A stretch of DNA of 61,189 nucleotides, counting the filler, from Sphacelaria rigidula (taxonomy: Eukaryota): NCBI GenBank assembly GCA_964200075.2. It is 7 parts of 7 records of this genome, joined end to end, with 100 filler letters (N's around TTAATTAATTAA, not from the genome) between each part and the next. Parts side by side here need not be neighbours in the genome. Positions count along the whole stretch, not along the records: positions 17,516 to 26,171 come from CAXNAA020010471.1; positions 26,272 to 34,927 come from CAXNAA020010472.1; positions 35,028 to 43,681 come from CAXNAA020010473.1; 4 more parts are not named here. One strand, written 5' to 3'. How positions within the stretch are numbered: position 1 is the first letter of the stretch; the number at the start of each line of letters is the position of its first letter. Positions 25,596-39,009 of the stretch are shown here, piece by piece. Both the position numbers and the translations under genes were made by a program. The notes under the pieces were generated by a model, which was given only the letters and a program-made list of their open reading frames with translations, was not told the origin of the DNA and did no database searches.

Positions 25596-26009
25596 CTATT
25601 TGCGACATATCACGGAACGAATGGAAGACAACGCAGTCAAATCGGTGAAGGAGCCCGCCATTGTTGGCCATTTCTCAGAGACAGGAGGGGGGGAGGGGGG
25701 GGAGGGGGGGGAGGAAGGATCAACGGCAGCGTTCTCTCCGTTGCGGGTTGCCGCGGGTATTATAATAATATACTCTACCACGACGCCATCAAGAGGCTTG
25801 AAGAAAATGTGTGCGGTTCTATGATGCTAGTAATATATATGTACAACAGATAGTCAACGCCGAGGAAACGGTCGATGCGAACCCACGGGGACAGGCGACC
25901 ACAACGCAACTTTAAATTAAGGATATACGCAAAAAGCAGCGGGGGTAAATTATGTGACCAAATCAGCTATCAAGACCATGTCACTCGTGGGCGGTTTCGT
26001 TGAATCACA

Positions 26010-26081
26010 TAGTAGTAGTAGTGGTAGTAGTAGGAATGTTGGTAGTAGCGGTAGTAGTAGTAGTAGTAGTAGTAGTAGTAA

Positions 26082-26128
<47 letters not shown>

Positions 26129-26171
26129 CTAGTAGTAGTACTAGTAGTAGTACTAGTAGTAGTACTACTAC
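26010..26171. repeat. (AGT)n microsatellite at contig end
   Basis: Directly visible tandem AGT repeats. Confidence 0.95.
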
Positions 26172-29100
26172 NNNNNNNNNNNNNNNNNNNNNNNNNNNNN
26201 NNNNNNNNNNNNNNNTTAATTAATTAANNNNNNNNNNNNNNNNNNNNNNNNNNNNNNNNNNNNNNNNNNNNCCGTCCCGGCATTATAGGAATGCGAGGTC
26301 AATGGTTTCATGACTATGGCATGCATGATCATGAGTACACCCCTCGATGGGAATGGCGTCGAGTTGCAACAATGCGGGAAATCACACCACTCGCGGCGTC
26401 ACGTACACGATGTCGCCGTGCGCTGACGCACCCTTCCGGGAGTATGTAATCCGTGCATGTCTATGTAAGGGGCGCTAGCGGGAAAATGTACGAATGCTAT
26501 GAAGATTGTGACCCTTTCAAAAAAAATCTCGGATACGGTTCGGACACACTCTCCCTACTGAACCCCATGCAGATGACACTGAGTCGGGGTCGGATGTTGA
26601 CTCGGGCGCAGAGGAGTTGTCGGACTTCGACGAGGATTGACCAGAGCACCAACCGGCGCCTTAGGAAGGGCGGATGCCAACAGCGACGAGATAGGAGATA
26701 TCGGTCAGTTCAACGTATGGGAGTGACTCTTGCGCGACAGGCTTCATGTCCAAAATTCAACGGTGAAAGTTGAGAACACTAAACGAGCACTCGCCCGCAG
26801 AGTAGTCGCCCGCACGTGCGTCGAAGAGGGCTGTTGGGCGGGGAGCCCCCCTCCCCCCTCCCCTAGCCCCGATGGGGTTGGCGTCGGTTGGCGATGACAC
26901 TGTAAACACGCCACTCACAGCGTTGCCTACTCCACGAGGTTACTGTTTTTTGTTTTTCGCGCCCTAGCGTTTTTTGTCTGCGGTAACCATGATGGAACTT
27001 CCGTTGACGGTAAAATGCGATGGAGCTGGAATGGGGAAACGTTTTGTTTGTTTCCCCAGAGTTTCGAGGCCCCTCATCGACGCAGAAGCATATACTTTGC
27101 TGGCGCCATGGAAGAATACATCACAGCAACCCCGCCATGTGGAATGTGTGACTGTATGAAATGTTACCACCGAAAAGGTAACTTCCGCGCGGCTAATGGC
27201 AAATGGCGGTCGTTGATGAGAGAAATATAGATCCCGCTAGTACTGAGTTCTGTAATTGTAGGGGGCGTGCGAGCGCAAGCGTGTGCGGCCCGGAAACTAG
27301 TGATGTTCGTTTCACGTAACTGCACGTTATGGACTAACTGCACGTTATGGACGCGTGCTGTGTTAGAAACAAGGCGATCGTGGATTGGGGGAGGTTCATG
27401 TAACCTCCACCATCGCGTCATGTCGCCGCGTTCGTATTGACGTTGTGCGCATCGAGCCTGGGCAGGTGAAGGAAATGGAGGCTTCTTCATTGCACGCAGT
27501 GCCCACGGCAACCTCCTAGGTACGAGACCAGGAGCAGAAGGGAGCAGGAGAGAAGGCACTAGCAGTACACATGAAGCGAAAATAAAAAAATACACATGGT
27601 GGCAGTTTCTATCGCCGTCCTTGGTACGGAAGTTGTCGGGGTAGACTAGCCGGTGATGGGAAAGGGTGAAATGAGGAAAACGCCTGAGGAACCCTACTCC
27701 ACACCCTAAGCATGACATAGGTGGTGTCCCGCAAGCGGTCAAGAGTTGATAGCCCGATTGTGTTCGTCCGCCCGGTGGAAAGGTTGTGTCCGCATCACAC
27801 TGTGTCGGCGGCGAAGGTCTACTCATTCTGTCTCGCCACTGGTGTTGTGTGGGATAAACCGCGGCGTCATGGTATGCCATGGTGCAGGCGAAGAGGGTAC
27901 TGCCTGAATCCTCCCTGGTATGAATATATGAGAGCAGTGTCATCCAGGGCGGCGACCATAAGGTCGAAGGCAAACGGAGCACAAGTTTCTTTGCAAATAC
28001 AGGGCTACCGCAACTTGGAGCGTCCTAACCTGTGGGAGATCTCAGCAACACGATGCCATGGATGACAATCCTCACGCTTCAACCCAAATTGGCGTTTTGC
28101 GTGACATTAATCGATACAATATATGCTGGAAGCCAAAATCTGCGTCTACATATTCGGTGCATAATTTATTCGGCTTCAAGTTCCGTTCTCGCAAGCAATC
28201 AGGATCTCTCCGCCGTAATTTTCCGCCGGAGGACGTGTCTTTATCCGAATAAAAAATGCGACATTTGCTCTCCGAAATCTCTCTCCACGGTAACAGCCGC
28301 AAAAGCCGTTTTGCTTTTTCTGAATATGCACTGCGATCGACGTGAGGCTCTACGGATTTACCTCGGCGACAACCCTGTGGAAGAGACTACACCCCCATGG
28401 CCCGCGAATCACCCCCGCCGCCATCACATCGGCGTCACCGCGTGCTGGCGAGCCCCTTCTACGGCGCATCGCCCACATATTTTTTTCCTTCTCCCCCAGT
28501 AGCATGGTAGTCGGCATGCCCATCGACTCCGATGTAATCGTGATTTTCAGTGGATTATCGGACCGCGGTAGGTGAAATCGTGAGGCGAGTGTCGTCAGCT
28601 CTTGAATCCGATGTCACCACGATTCCAATAGCTCCATAAAAATAAAATGTCATTTTTACCGCAAACAGCCGCAAACTGTGTTTCATGACGTCGGCACAAG
28701 CGCTGCAGGCTGCGGATACATACACGAGTATAAACTTCCAACTTCGAACTGTCGGGAGGTTGGTACTGCAGGGATGTGAAGCGGCCGGCTGCCCACGTGG
28801 GAAGCGTCGAGGGTGTTGGCGGTAATTGATAACTCTTCCGCGCGTGACGTGTGCCAACTGATGTGCACGCAGATGAGCGTGTAATACATGCGTCAACTGC
28901 ACGCTTGCCGTCGGCAACAAAGAGTACGTGGCGCAAGCGGGAGTGAAATCCTCCTGCGTTGCTATCCGCTCCCATAATTAATGCCCGTATATTGGGCGAA
29001 GGTTGTTGTGGACACAGGCGCTATTGCGCGAAAGCTTGCTGTTACCAATCTACACATTTTCTAATACCAATCTACACATTCTCCAAGATTCGGCGTCATC

Positions 29101-29734
29101 TGACGCGAGGTGCGGATGCTCTTCACGCCTAAGCTGCCAAAACACCGCCTCCATATTATCGAAAAGGAATACCACCGGTCGGTAAAGTATATATTTGTGC
29201 TGTATGTCTTTGCTGGATGCAACGGCAAGAGACTGCATAAGTGCGCCATCGCTCTCGATTGGACACCATTTACTGCATGGTCCTGATGCCTCTCCTTAGT
29301 GCTCGACAACAGCACTACAGTGTGACGGTGTGCTGGCAACACATGAGGTTCGAGACGGGCGACACAGACCTCCAGTAGAGTGCAACACAAGTTATTTGTA
29401 CCCATGTAATCTATGGTTGAAATGCCATGACCAAAATGAAATATGCCAGTGGACAGCGAAGTAGTCCACCTGTAGGGGAACTACGTGCTCACTTTGACGA
29501 CCGTGATTGGTCAGAATGGTCATTCAGCGCCTCTCGGGCCTCGTTCCTGGCTTAGAATCTTCCGCGGGAAACTCCCGCAGCCACATGGTTGACTTGGTGA
29601 GCATTTCGGCTGCTCTGCGGACAGACTCTCCTACCCCGTCAAAAACTATCCCCCCCCGGCCACTGGAAACCCCCAAATGTCTCCGGACTGTCAGCCTGTG
29701 AAACTGTTCCGAGGCGACGCTTGCTAAGGGTTAA

Positions 29735-29836
29735 CCCTTTGACCGCGAGGTTAGGTCACCTGCTGAATCGGCATTAATTTTCACTACAAAAAAGTATGCA
29801 TGATCCAGGTGGACTACCCCCACCGCGGTCTGAGGG
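29735..29836. mobile_element. piggyBac-like MITE (~100 bp)
   Basis: TTAA|CCCTTTGACCGCG ... CGCGGTCTGAGGG|TTAG. Second copy at 33458-33559. Confidence 0.7.
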
Positions 29837-30626
29837 TTAGGGGCAGCTTTTATTTATTTATTCCAGTTATCAGAAGTCCCTGAACGACATGTGATGCCCG
29901 AAAATCCTCAACACCCTGGGATCCCCGATAAACAGCGAAATAATGAAAAGAGGCGTCCGTAAAAATTACATAATAACGACCTAGACTACATGCGTGTCAA
30001 TTTTCAGTCCAAGATAACTCGAAAAAACAGCCAGCAGAGTTAACTGGCGTTGGGCTTACACCATGTCCATGGTGGATATTACTTCATGTGCATCTAAAGG
30101 AGGGCGTCCGAAAAATAGTATGTCGCGGATGAGTATATTTTAGCCGTTGACCCTAAACCAGCCTGTGTTCTTTGTTAGAGTTGGTGCGCTGTTGGTGAAA
30201 CTGAGGCCAAGTTCTCGGGCAAGGTGCCTCAGCAGTGTTATACAAAAGTGTACGAGCATATTCGTGACCATCTACTCTATCGAGTTCTTGATACACCGCG
30301 TCGTACTTGTGGATGGATGGCGACAAAATCGGCCTAAAGTCAAGTGCAACAGTTTTTTTACAGACTACTGACTGTACGAGTACAGCACGCGCAACTACTA
30401 TCAAAAGTGCAAATACTGCGGCGGGGTTGACAAAGCACTGCAGCTGTAGACCACCTCGCATTCCAAGTTCAAATCCCAAGAGAGAGAGACAAATCGACAG
30501 TCCAACCCGCCGCTGCCGTACACGTACACATTGGTAGAGCACGCGAAACTAACTGTGTACCCTCCCCCCTCCCTTCCTCCCCGCCCTCCAAACATACAAA
30601 CACGCAGAAACGGGTGTTTCACTCAC

Positions 30627-30797
30627 CGAGGCCATAATTTGATCTGCCTCCACCTTCTGTAAGCGCGGCAAGCGAGTGCCACTGGGTGCAGGAGTGACTG
30701 GTCGTGCCGTAACACAAAAAGTCAACGCCGCCCACACACCGAGAATCGCCACGAAAAGGGTGATGGGTAAGGATGTACTCTGCCTGCCCTTGAACAT
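30627..30797 (-). CDS. First exon of a putative secreted or membrane-anchored protein
   Basis: ATG at 30797; MFKGRQSTSLPITLFVAILGVWAALTFCVTARP... has a basic N-terminus, hydrophobic core and VTA-RP cleavage-like site. It ends at a strong donor TCG|gtgagt (57 codons, phase 0). Downstream exon uncertain (candidate acceptor at 29695). Confidence 0.5.
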
Positions 30798-32584
30798 TCA
30801 GATACCGTCAAAGGTGCGTGCAGAAGTGTACACAGACAACAGTTCTTGTACACGACCGCTTAAAGGAAGCCGGCGGCGCGGCAAGTAGATCTACGTCAAC
30901 TTTAATATTTGCCCTCATCCAGCAACTCACACAGTACAGTCTTGGTAAAAATAAGAATACAATCATAAAAATCATCAAGAGGGCAGACACAATGGATAGC
31001 AGACTAGTACAACAGCAGCCCCGAAAAGTGTGGTAGTACCCAACAAAATTCAAATCTCAATGCATATTTCATATGATATTATGTCACCTCCTTCGTTCAG
31101 AGGTCGCCCCTCCGATATAATGAAGCGCAAGGTCACACTATCACCGAGCACGACATACAACAGTATCGTGATGTCTTCGGTTGACCTACTGCAATATATT
31201 GCTTTGATACTTGATTGGAGACTACCATTTGCAATTCACCACTGCGGTCACTGTACTGACGTACGTGCCCCCCAACATAAAGATGAGTGCATTGCAGGCA
31301 AAAGGTTTACAAGTGGACTTGTGTTTGGCCGCGCCTTGGTCAGGTTCGATGCTTTTGTAGGTACGTCTTCCTAGTTTTGTACTGCGGGTCTGAGTACGTG
31401 AGCAAATACGATAAAGAAAAATAAGTTCCTAACGGCTCCTCGCAGCACCAACAGACCGAGAACTACCGTCCCAGCACAGCAAGAGCCACTTCAGCTGCAC
31501 AACAGCAATCTTTTGTTGTGCTATGCATACCCCAGAGATGTTCGCGAGAAGGAGCGCGCGACGGGAGGGACTCGGTATGGCACGGATAGGAGATAAGAGC
31601 AACAAGAGCAGGCCTGCGAGGCACATCGCCCTAGATATTCAGGTGAGCTATCCGTCATGTCCAGAGCAGCTGCGCTCTGTCGACGATCGATTGCGACTCC
31701 TAATGAGTCGATCGCCGCCCGTGTTGATACGAAAGGTCTACATTTTATACGTCCCTGTACGGTAGTGGATAGTCTTGATATCATGAATCTCTTCCACGAC
31801 GAACACAAGAGAGTACTTGTGCATGCCTTGAGCGAGGCAGGATGTGTGGGTTGCTCGAAGATTGCTCCGCCGTTACTGTTAACATGTGGATAGCTTTGAC
31901 CCGCTGTCTCCTCTACTCTGATGACGGTTTGTTCCTGTCCCCGTCCGTCAAAATTTGAGAAGCATTAGATGTTCCATGTGGAACATGAATGGTTTCGTGC
32001 TCAGTGTCGTGAAACAAAGTCTCGACTTCCGAGGGTTGAGTTGTGTTGGTATGGTGATGACGCCGTGGTAAGCCTTCTTCTTCATTCTTGTATGTAGCTC
32101 TCTTTCTCCGTGTGTGGGTGGAGGTACATGGGGACGTACCCAACTCTCGGTTACCTTCGTAACCCTTCACAACTGTCGTCCTTGTGTCCATATCGGAAAT
32201 GTGGACGTGACCTAGTGTGGATTTCGCAAATGAAGCCTGCAAGTAATTCTCCAGACTTCAGTCGTACGATTCACTCATAATCATGCAACGGCTCTGTTAG
32301 TCCGCTACTCAACTCCCATGGTCAGGAATACAGATGGTATACTCGTGCATATGCTTGTCCCTCATGTCCATGTACGGCGGGGTGTACCTGGCCGTAGACA
32401 ACCCGACTTGAAATATTCCAAGATGATCGGACGCGGGGTACCGTGCGTTCGGTCCCGTAATGGAGTATGTGGTTCGTATCGCTTTTGTTGGTGATGTTCA
32501 TTCCGGAGTTTTGGCTCTATTTTCCGTTTGCCTCCGCGTGTCGAGTCGGAAACATTAGACTTTGCCCCTAGTAGTGAACATGAT

Positions 32585-33090
32585 CGCCGGTGGCACCGGA
32601 TCTTGTGAGGTTAGCAGCATTTATCACTTGTATCGCGTCTGTGTTGATTTTTTTGGGGTCCTGAGAGGGTCCTATTTTATCTCTACTTCGGTTCCATCTC
32701 CACATAACTTGTTTTGTGTTGTCAAGTCTCCATGATGTGACCACGACTGCATCCCCGGGAGGCCACCGACAATCAATCAGTCTGTGACCACAGAAGGCGT
32801 CTGCATCAGATGCGCAGTACGGAAGTAGAAGAACTGCGCGGAAATATTTTTTAATACGAAGGGAACAACAATACCCTGGTCGGATAGATACCGCGATACA
32901 TGTTTTCTCTGCGCGTTGTTCTCCGTAGGATGACGTGGAAACGACGTGCCGGCGGTCCGCACCCGTGCCAAAGTTCACATGAAGACACAAGATCACGCGG
33001 TTGCTTGTTTTCAGCGAAGTGTTTGATTTTGCGGGCAAGCGTGCGCACGTAACGCGAAGTACCCGTTTTTTCTGGCCAGAGCTTCTCACT
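32585..33090 (+). repeat. Dispersed repeat shared with ~60670-61090
   Basis: Shared GGCACCGGATCTT, CTTGTATCGCGT, CTGTGACCA..GAAGGC...GTCTGCATCAG and CTTCTCACT blocks in the same order. Confidence 0.55.
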
Positions 33091-33292
33091 CGTGCAGTCA
33101 GTATATCATGTCGATCCTTCCGGCGCTGGTGAATTTTGCGATAGGGTTGTCATGAACTTGACTCCCCAAATCCGTGGTTGAAAGTTGTTTAGTTCGGACC
33201 AGTTCGGATCTTTACAGGGCTTATGGTCGTAAGGGCTCACCTAGCTTCATATTTGACATTTGAACAGATCCACGGCCGAACTGCTCGTTTAA

Positions 33293-33559
33293 CCCTTTGT
33301 TGACCGGACGCCCAGATATATGGTGTTCGCACGAAGAGGCCTTTTTGTGAATCGGCATCACTTTCAGTCGTTTTCAAGTGAAAATGATGTCGATTCACAA
33401 AAAGGCCCCTCTTCGTGGAAACACATGTTTCTGGGAATCCGGTCCCTGAAGGGTTAACCCTTAGACTGCGAGGGTAGGTCACCTGCGGAATAGATATGAA
33501 TATTCACTTGAAAAAAGTATAAACGATCCAGATGAACTGCCCGCACCGCGGTCGAAGGG
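33293..33559. mobile_element. Two abutting piggyBac-like MITEs sharing a TTAA
   Basis: TTAA|CCCTTTGTTGACCGGA...TCCGGTCCCTGAAGGG|TTAA|CCCTTAGACTGCG...CGCGGTCGAAGGG|TTGA (33293-33453 and 33458-33559). Confidence 0.7.
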
Positions 33560-36500
33560 TTGACATCAAATCAGCAATGCTCAGCAGTCTGTTCGGGTCA
33601 AACTGGCACTGATCTCCACCAATAATTTTTGTTGCCTATAGGACTCTTCAAATCCCCATTGCCAGCATGCCTTGGGTCGGGCTTGAGATTCAGGGTAGCC
33701 TTTGGTTTTGATTAAAACGAAGTATGTTCAACGGGGAGAGCGGAGAGAACCCTGCTCCGATGTTGGTCCTGTGCTGCCGCTGGGTATTATCATTATTATT
33801 TCCGCACATGAGTCCGATCTCGCGAATCCGTGGTCACAGACGTAGGCTCGCCCTTCCAATATCGTCCTTGCTACTCCTTACAAGACAAAGTACCAAAAAT
33901 AAAAATAAGGAGAGAGACGCCTCGAAAACTGATGAGAAGTAGCTCCCCCGAGTTCAACGCGGAGAGAAAATAAAGAAGGAAAACAAACACACACAACAAA
34001 CGCTAGATCTGTCAAGAATGTACAGATATATAAGAGCAATATGTAAGCGGTCAGCGGTGTTTGCACTAAATATAAAGACGTTCTTCGGTATGGTATCCAT
34101 CTTCCATGCGGTATAGTGTTGAGTTTTATTACGGTGCAATGTCAGACCGATCTGTTGTTCTGCACAGCATCAGCTGTGCACTCCATGGTCAAGGTACGCT
34201 CTTAGATCCTACTACTATTGTGCTGTGCTGTATTGTACTATACTTACTGGGTCGAGGGCGTCAAAAGGGCTTCATCGATGCGAAGCAAAAGCCATTTATA
34301 TCATTGGAATCGCGAATTGTGCGTCCACATCGTACAGCACCCAGTCATTGCCGTATCCCGTGCACCATTGCCCGTCTTGCAATTTATATCAGGTGCAACG
34401 GTGACGTTCTAGACTAAATAGTAGCATGGAGATTCGCGTGATTTTCGGTAGAAGTACACATTTTGCAGCAGGGGTTGTCAGCATGATGCTACAAATATGT
34501 ACATCGAGGTCAGTGGGAATAAATACTTTGAGGAGTGTCGGGAAATGATACTTCCATCTAGGTTGTTCTCAGACTTCGAGCCAATGAAAAATGACAAATG
34601 CCAGCCGCTAAGGTCAGTTTCTTCGTACTTGCGGGCAGTGACCCCGAAACGACGTACATTACTGCATGCGTAGCTATCACACCAGCCACAGGTGTCAGGA
34701 GGCCAAATAAAACGTTATGGTCCGCACTAAAGCCAACACCGAGCATATATTGTACGATTACTCAATCACGAGATCTCGGAGCCGAAGTGGGACAAACTCT
34801 GCTGGAAATATACTGTGTCTACCAGTTCACTCCACTCCACCCCCCCCACCCCCCCCCGATCATTGTAGGCTGTTATCCAAGAGCAAGATAATCAGTAGGC
34901 TTTGGGCCGAACAATCTTAGCAGGATGNNNNNNNNNNNNNNNNNNNNNNNNNNNNNNNNNNNNNNNNNNNNTTAATTAATTAANNNNNNNNNNNNNNNNN
35001 NNNNNNNNNNNNNNNNNNNNNNNNNNNAATGATCAAAGCCACTCTCAATCGTATGATCTACTCTCAATCTCACGAGAACACTGTTTAATAGTGGCTTCCC
35101 TGTCCTCCCGCCATAATATATAGTACACCACCAACGGGATTTTGAACCCCATGTCCCACGTCCAGCAGCTAGTAGCTGCCCACGGGTGTTCCAAGTGGCG
35201 TGGTTCGTGGAGTCGTGGCGTTTGTGTTCGTAATTTGTCTTTTTGAACTTTGTTGCGGGTCTGATATCGGTTATGGTGCTGTATGTGAGCTACTCTATGT
35301 TCATGTGAAACTGATGAAAAATAAATGTGTCATCTTTCACATCAAACAGCGGCTCCCGCCACAACGTCAAACACCAAACAGTCCAATCCACAACTGCACA
35401 GTGTACAGCGCGCACAGTGCACAGTTCACCGACAGTACAGCAGTGAGTACTACACTAATATGGCAGAGCAGAAAGAGGTCGAGGTGACCGAGGTGCGGAC
35501 TTCCGCGCCCCAACAGCGCGACGCGAAGGAGACCGCTGAGGAGCAGAGGGCGAGAGTAAAAGCACAGAACTTTTTTTGTATCACTTATTTTTATCTTCTT
35601 AATATTAAAATATTTCTTACTGACATTATTATTCTATTATTTGTTTTATGATGATTTATTATTATTATTCATTGTGGCCTTCAACATCAATGAACGGAGA
35701 AAAAACGAGCGAGCGTTTCTACCAAGCAATCGTGAAATCTCGAAACGTTCAACGTGTCATCTTGTTTTCTTGCTGGAAGGTACGTTCCACGGGTGGTGCC
35801 GCCATAAACTCGCCAGGAAGCGCCTCAAGAAGGACACGAAAAAGGCGCATAAGTCGCACGTATTTCACCAAAGAACGCATAAATCGGCGCATTAAATGCT
35901 CACTTTTGCTCATGAAAAAAATGGGAAGACGCGCATAGAAAAAAAATGCGCATGATGAAAAGAAAAGGCCCAACATTATGCAGTACATTTTTTTCATTTT
36001 TTTTCTTCATTCAGCGGCGGTGCCGTGCGTTACCACATTGGTCTGTAGTCACACTGGTAGTATACTCAAGTCGGGCTGATTTGGTAAACTTGATGAGTTA
36101 TCGTGTGACATGCAAATGCGGGAATTACTGCTGGCCCAGCTCGTACCAAACGTACGGCGACATTATTATCAAATTTGTGCTATTAATACGAACATCACAA
36201 GCTAGCCACGGTAGAGGTGGCACATTTGGGCCCAGACGTTTCTCATCGACGGGGGAGCTAAACCAGAATAAAGGTCAGAACATTCCTGTTTTTCAAATCC
36301 AGTCGGGATACATACCTCTACCTAGGAAATGCCAACCGTGTCATCACAAATTATTCACCTGTGCTCAATATTGAGTACAGGTGACGTTTTCAGGGGATGA
36401 GACAATTCATACCTGAGATTTTTGTGCTCAACCTCATCGTGGCACCAGTCCAATACACAGAATTCAAGACGTGAACAACACGCAGTCAATAGGACGATAC

Positions 36501-37594
36501 TCGGAGAAAGTAAACCCGCAGTAATACTGCACGAGCTAGGTGTTGATTTCTCTAGGTCCTTGTATCGATTAAATATAGTCATTTATTACGATAACTCCTC
36601 CCTTTTCTCCTCCCGCGAAAAAGCCCAGCGCTCGCTGTTTTTGAGAATCCAACCTGACGGTTCCGCGGACATTTCAAGTATGACACGGTGTGCATGGTGG
36701 TCTCCGCCTACCCACCTAGTTGTGCAGTACTGTACTTACTTCGCACTGTACAACCGTGTACCAACCATGATGACACGTGAGACATGCGAGTGGCAAAGGC
36801 ACCGTGTCCAGACGCCCCGGCTCTCATGCTACGTGGGCGTTTCTTCTATTATATATCAGAAAAACTATTCCGAACCTCCCCAAAATCACCACGTCAATCA
36901 AAGACTATTTCCCGTGCGAGTGGGCGTAGTAAGGGTTGTTTCCGTTACAGTGACTGTAGTTGAATGCGCTTCTTGCCTCCATGCCAAACAGGACGGCCTA
37001 ACGTCGTTTTGCACTCATTTGCACCAGTGGATGAATGACGGCCAGTGTCACGATCTTGGACCCTCAGTTCTGATGTACTTACTCACAGGATTTGATAACC
37101 AAAAACCAAGGGGAAAGAGTTGAACAAAAACAGCTCTAACCGGGCGAAATAGGGGCGAGTTTTTTTCATGGGAACAAACTGAAGTCAAAATTGTACTATT
37201 ATAGAGTATATGATATTGCCACCAGTACTGGGCGAAAGTTACCTTATCCTTTCATGATTCAGGATCGCCTGTTTAGCGGTGGATGGCAAAACACGGAGAC
37301 AAAATTCAACACTTTGTAGTCGAAGAAAAAATGGTTACAAGTTCGTGAGACATATCGCTATGGTATAGTATTTGATGGGTACTCGCGTCTTCATTCTCTG
37401 TGCTCCAAGCACGGGGGGCGCAAATCACCATACTAAGATGAAAACAACCACTAGGGTACCCACACTACAACTACTACCGAACACACCATATCGATACACG
37501 TCAAAAGAAGCACAACATACTCACACTTACTTCACAATTCTCCTGCTACACAGAAGGGAGTACTCAGGGGGGGCGAGGAACACAAATCAAGAGC

Positions 37595-37628
<34 letters not shown>
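37595..37628. repeat. (CAA)n microsatellite
   Basis: Directly visible tandem CAA repeats. Confidence 0.9.
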
Positions 37629-37630
<2 letters not shown>

Positions 37631-39009
37631 GCGGTCCGTCCACTGAATGGCGCCTGTACTGAAGAAGAAATCAGTTACACCCGGGCCCTCCACTACCAGG
37701 TGAAAACAGTGAGGCCCACCACACGATGTGTAATCGGATTACTTGCAAACACCTCCTACGGTGGCACGGTTGCTGAATGGTCACATGCATTCTGTCCTTG
37801 AAGCATAACACGGCACACAATAAGCTCAAACGCACACGGGGACTATAATAGAGAGTGCTGCTGTTACAAAATCCGATCTACGATTTCTCTCATTCGCCAT
37901 TTTTGTCAAACAACATATTATGGCTAACGTTGTACCATGTATAGAACTGATATTCTCCCCGATTTTTTAAGGCGTGATGATACGCGAAGAAAAAATGAAT
38001 GCTTGCTGTAGCTATTCTAAATATGCATACTATTACATTGCGGAAAACACACCGTGAGCAACAAAGAAACACCCACAAAATTTCATAGCCACAACAGTGG
38101 GCTACTACGCGACGACACGCTTCCTCAACCGTGAAGATTCGACACAAAGAATCACACCGCCGACACCCAGTCCGTCCCTTCCCCCGCCCCGCCGACCAAT
38201 GTACACTCGCGCCGACATGCATCAAACACACCGCGGTACCGTGTCCCAGCACGTCACCCATATATAGAGAGAGAGCAAACGCTTGTCATCACATACAAAA
38301 TCGTGGCCGGAGTCAAGCCACGATACGTCCACCTCCCCCGCTCTCAACCCGAAACGCCTACGACTAATGCGACGGTAGGGGTTGCACTTTTTTAGCGAAA
38401 ACGTTTTTCGGGGCTGCTCCTGCTCGGGGTGTTGGACGGATCATTTTGAGAATCAGCATCATTTTTAATCGAAAAATACTGAAAATGGTGCCGATTCACG
38501 AAAAGGCCCCTGCGTGCCCAACATCATGTTTCTGGGAGTCCGGTCCCCGGAGATTTGGGTTGCACAGCAAGCCCCATATATTCGGGCTCCTACAAAAAAG
38601 AGACCCAGATACAACAAGTGCAACCCCTACCGTAGTATTGTTCCCACACAACAAAAAATTGCTGCACCAGAAAGCCACCAGTAGATGTTGGCGTCCTATC
38701 TGTGCCCTCCCCCTGTCACCAGGCCTCACATGCCCGGGGTGACAGCGGCGGCGGCGGGCAGCCGAGGGCGTGGGAAGGCTGGCAAGGGTAACACGAACAC
38801 GATCTTCACATCGCCCTCGACACGGATATCTTGTGTTTACTTCACCCATGTCAGGGCAGGATGGACCACGATTCATCTCGAGTTCCAAACTCGCTGCCGC
38901 TCTCGCACTCTCACCACACACCAATGTACCTCCTTCCACTCTTCGGAAGGGGTGAGATCGCTGAAAGCCAGGGACAAGACATGAAACACAAGAACGCCCG
39001 CCTCCCCAT

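Noticed and set aside
26453..28620. Protein-like fragments in contig 4 (and similar at 31400-32450, 45490-45970, 49300-50700, 53930-55320)
   Set aside because: They have multiple stops or frameshifts, no recognisable motif and no phase-consistent splice chain. Probably decayed transposon coding sequence, but I cannot assign them without a search.
38496..38961. Possible further exon of the contig-5 gene after acceptor-like TTTCAG at ~38962
   Set aside because: It would need an intron of only ~50 nt and the upstream frame already has a stop at 39010. More likely 3' UTR.
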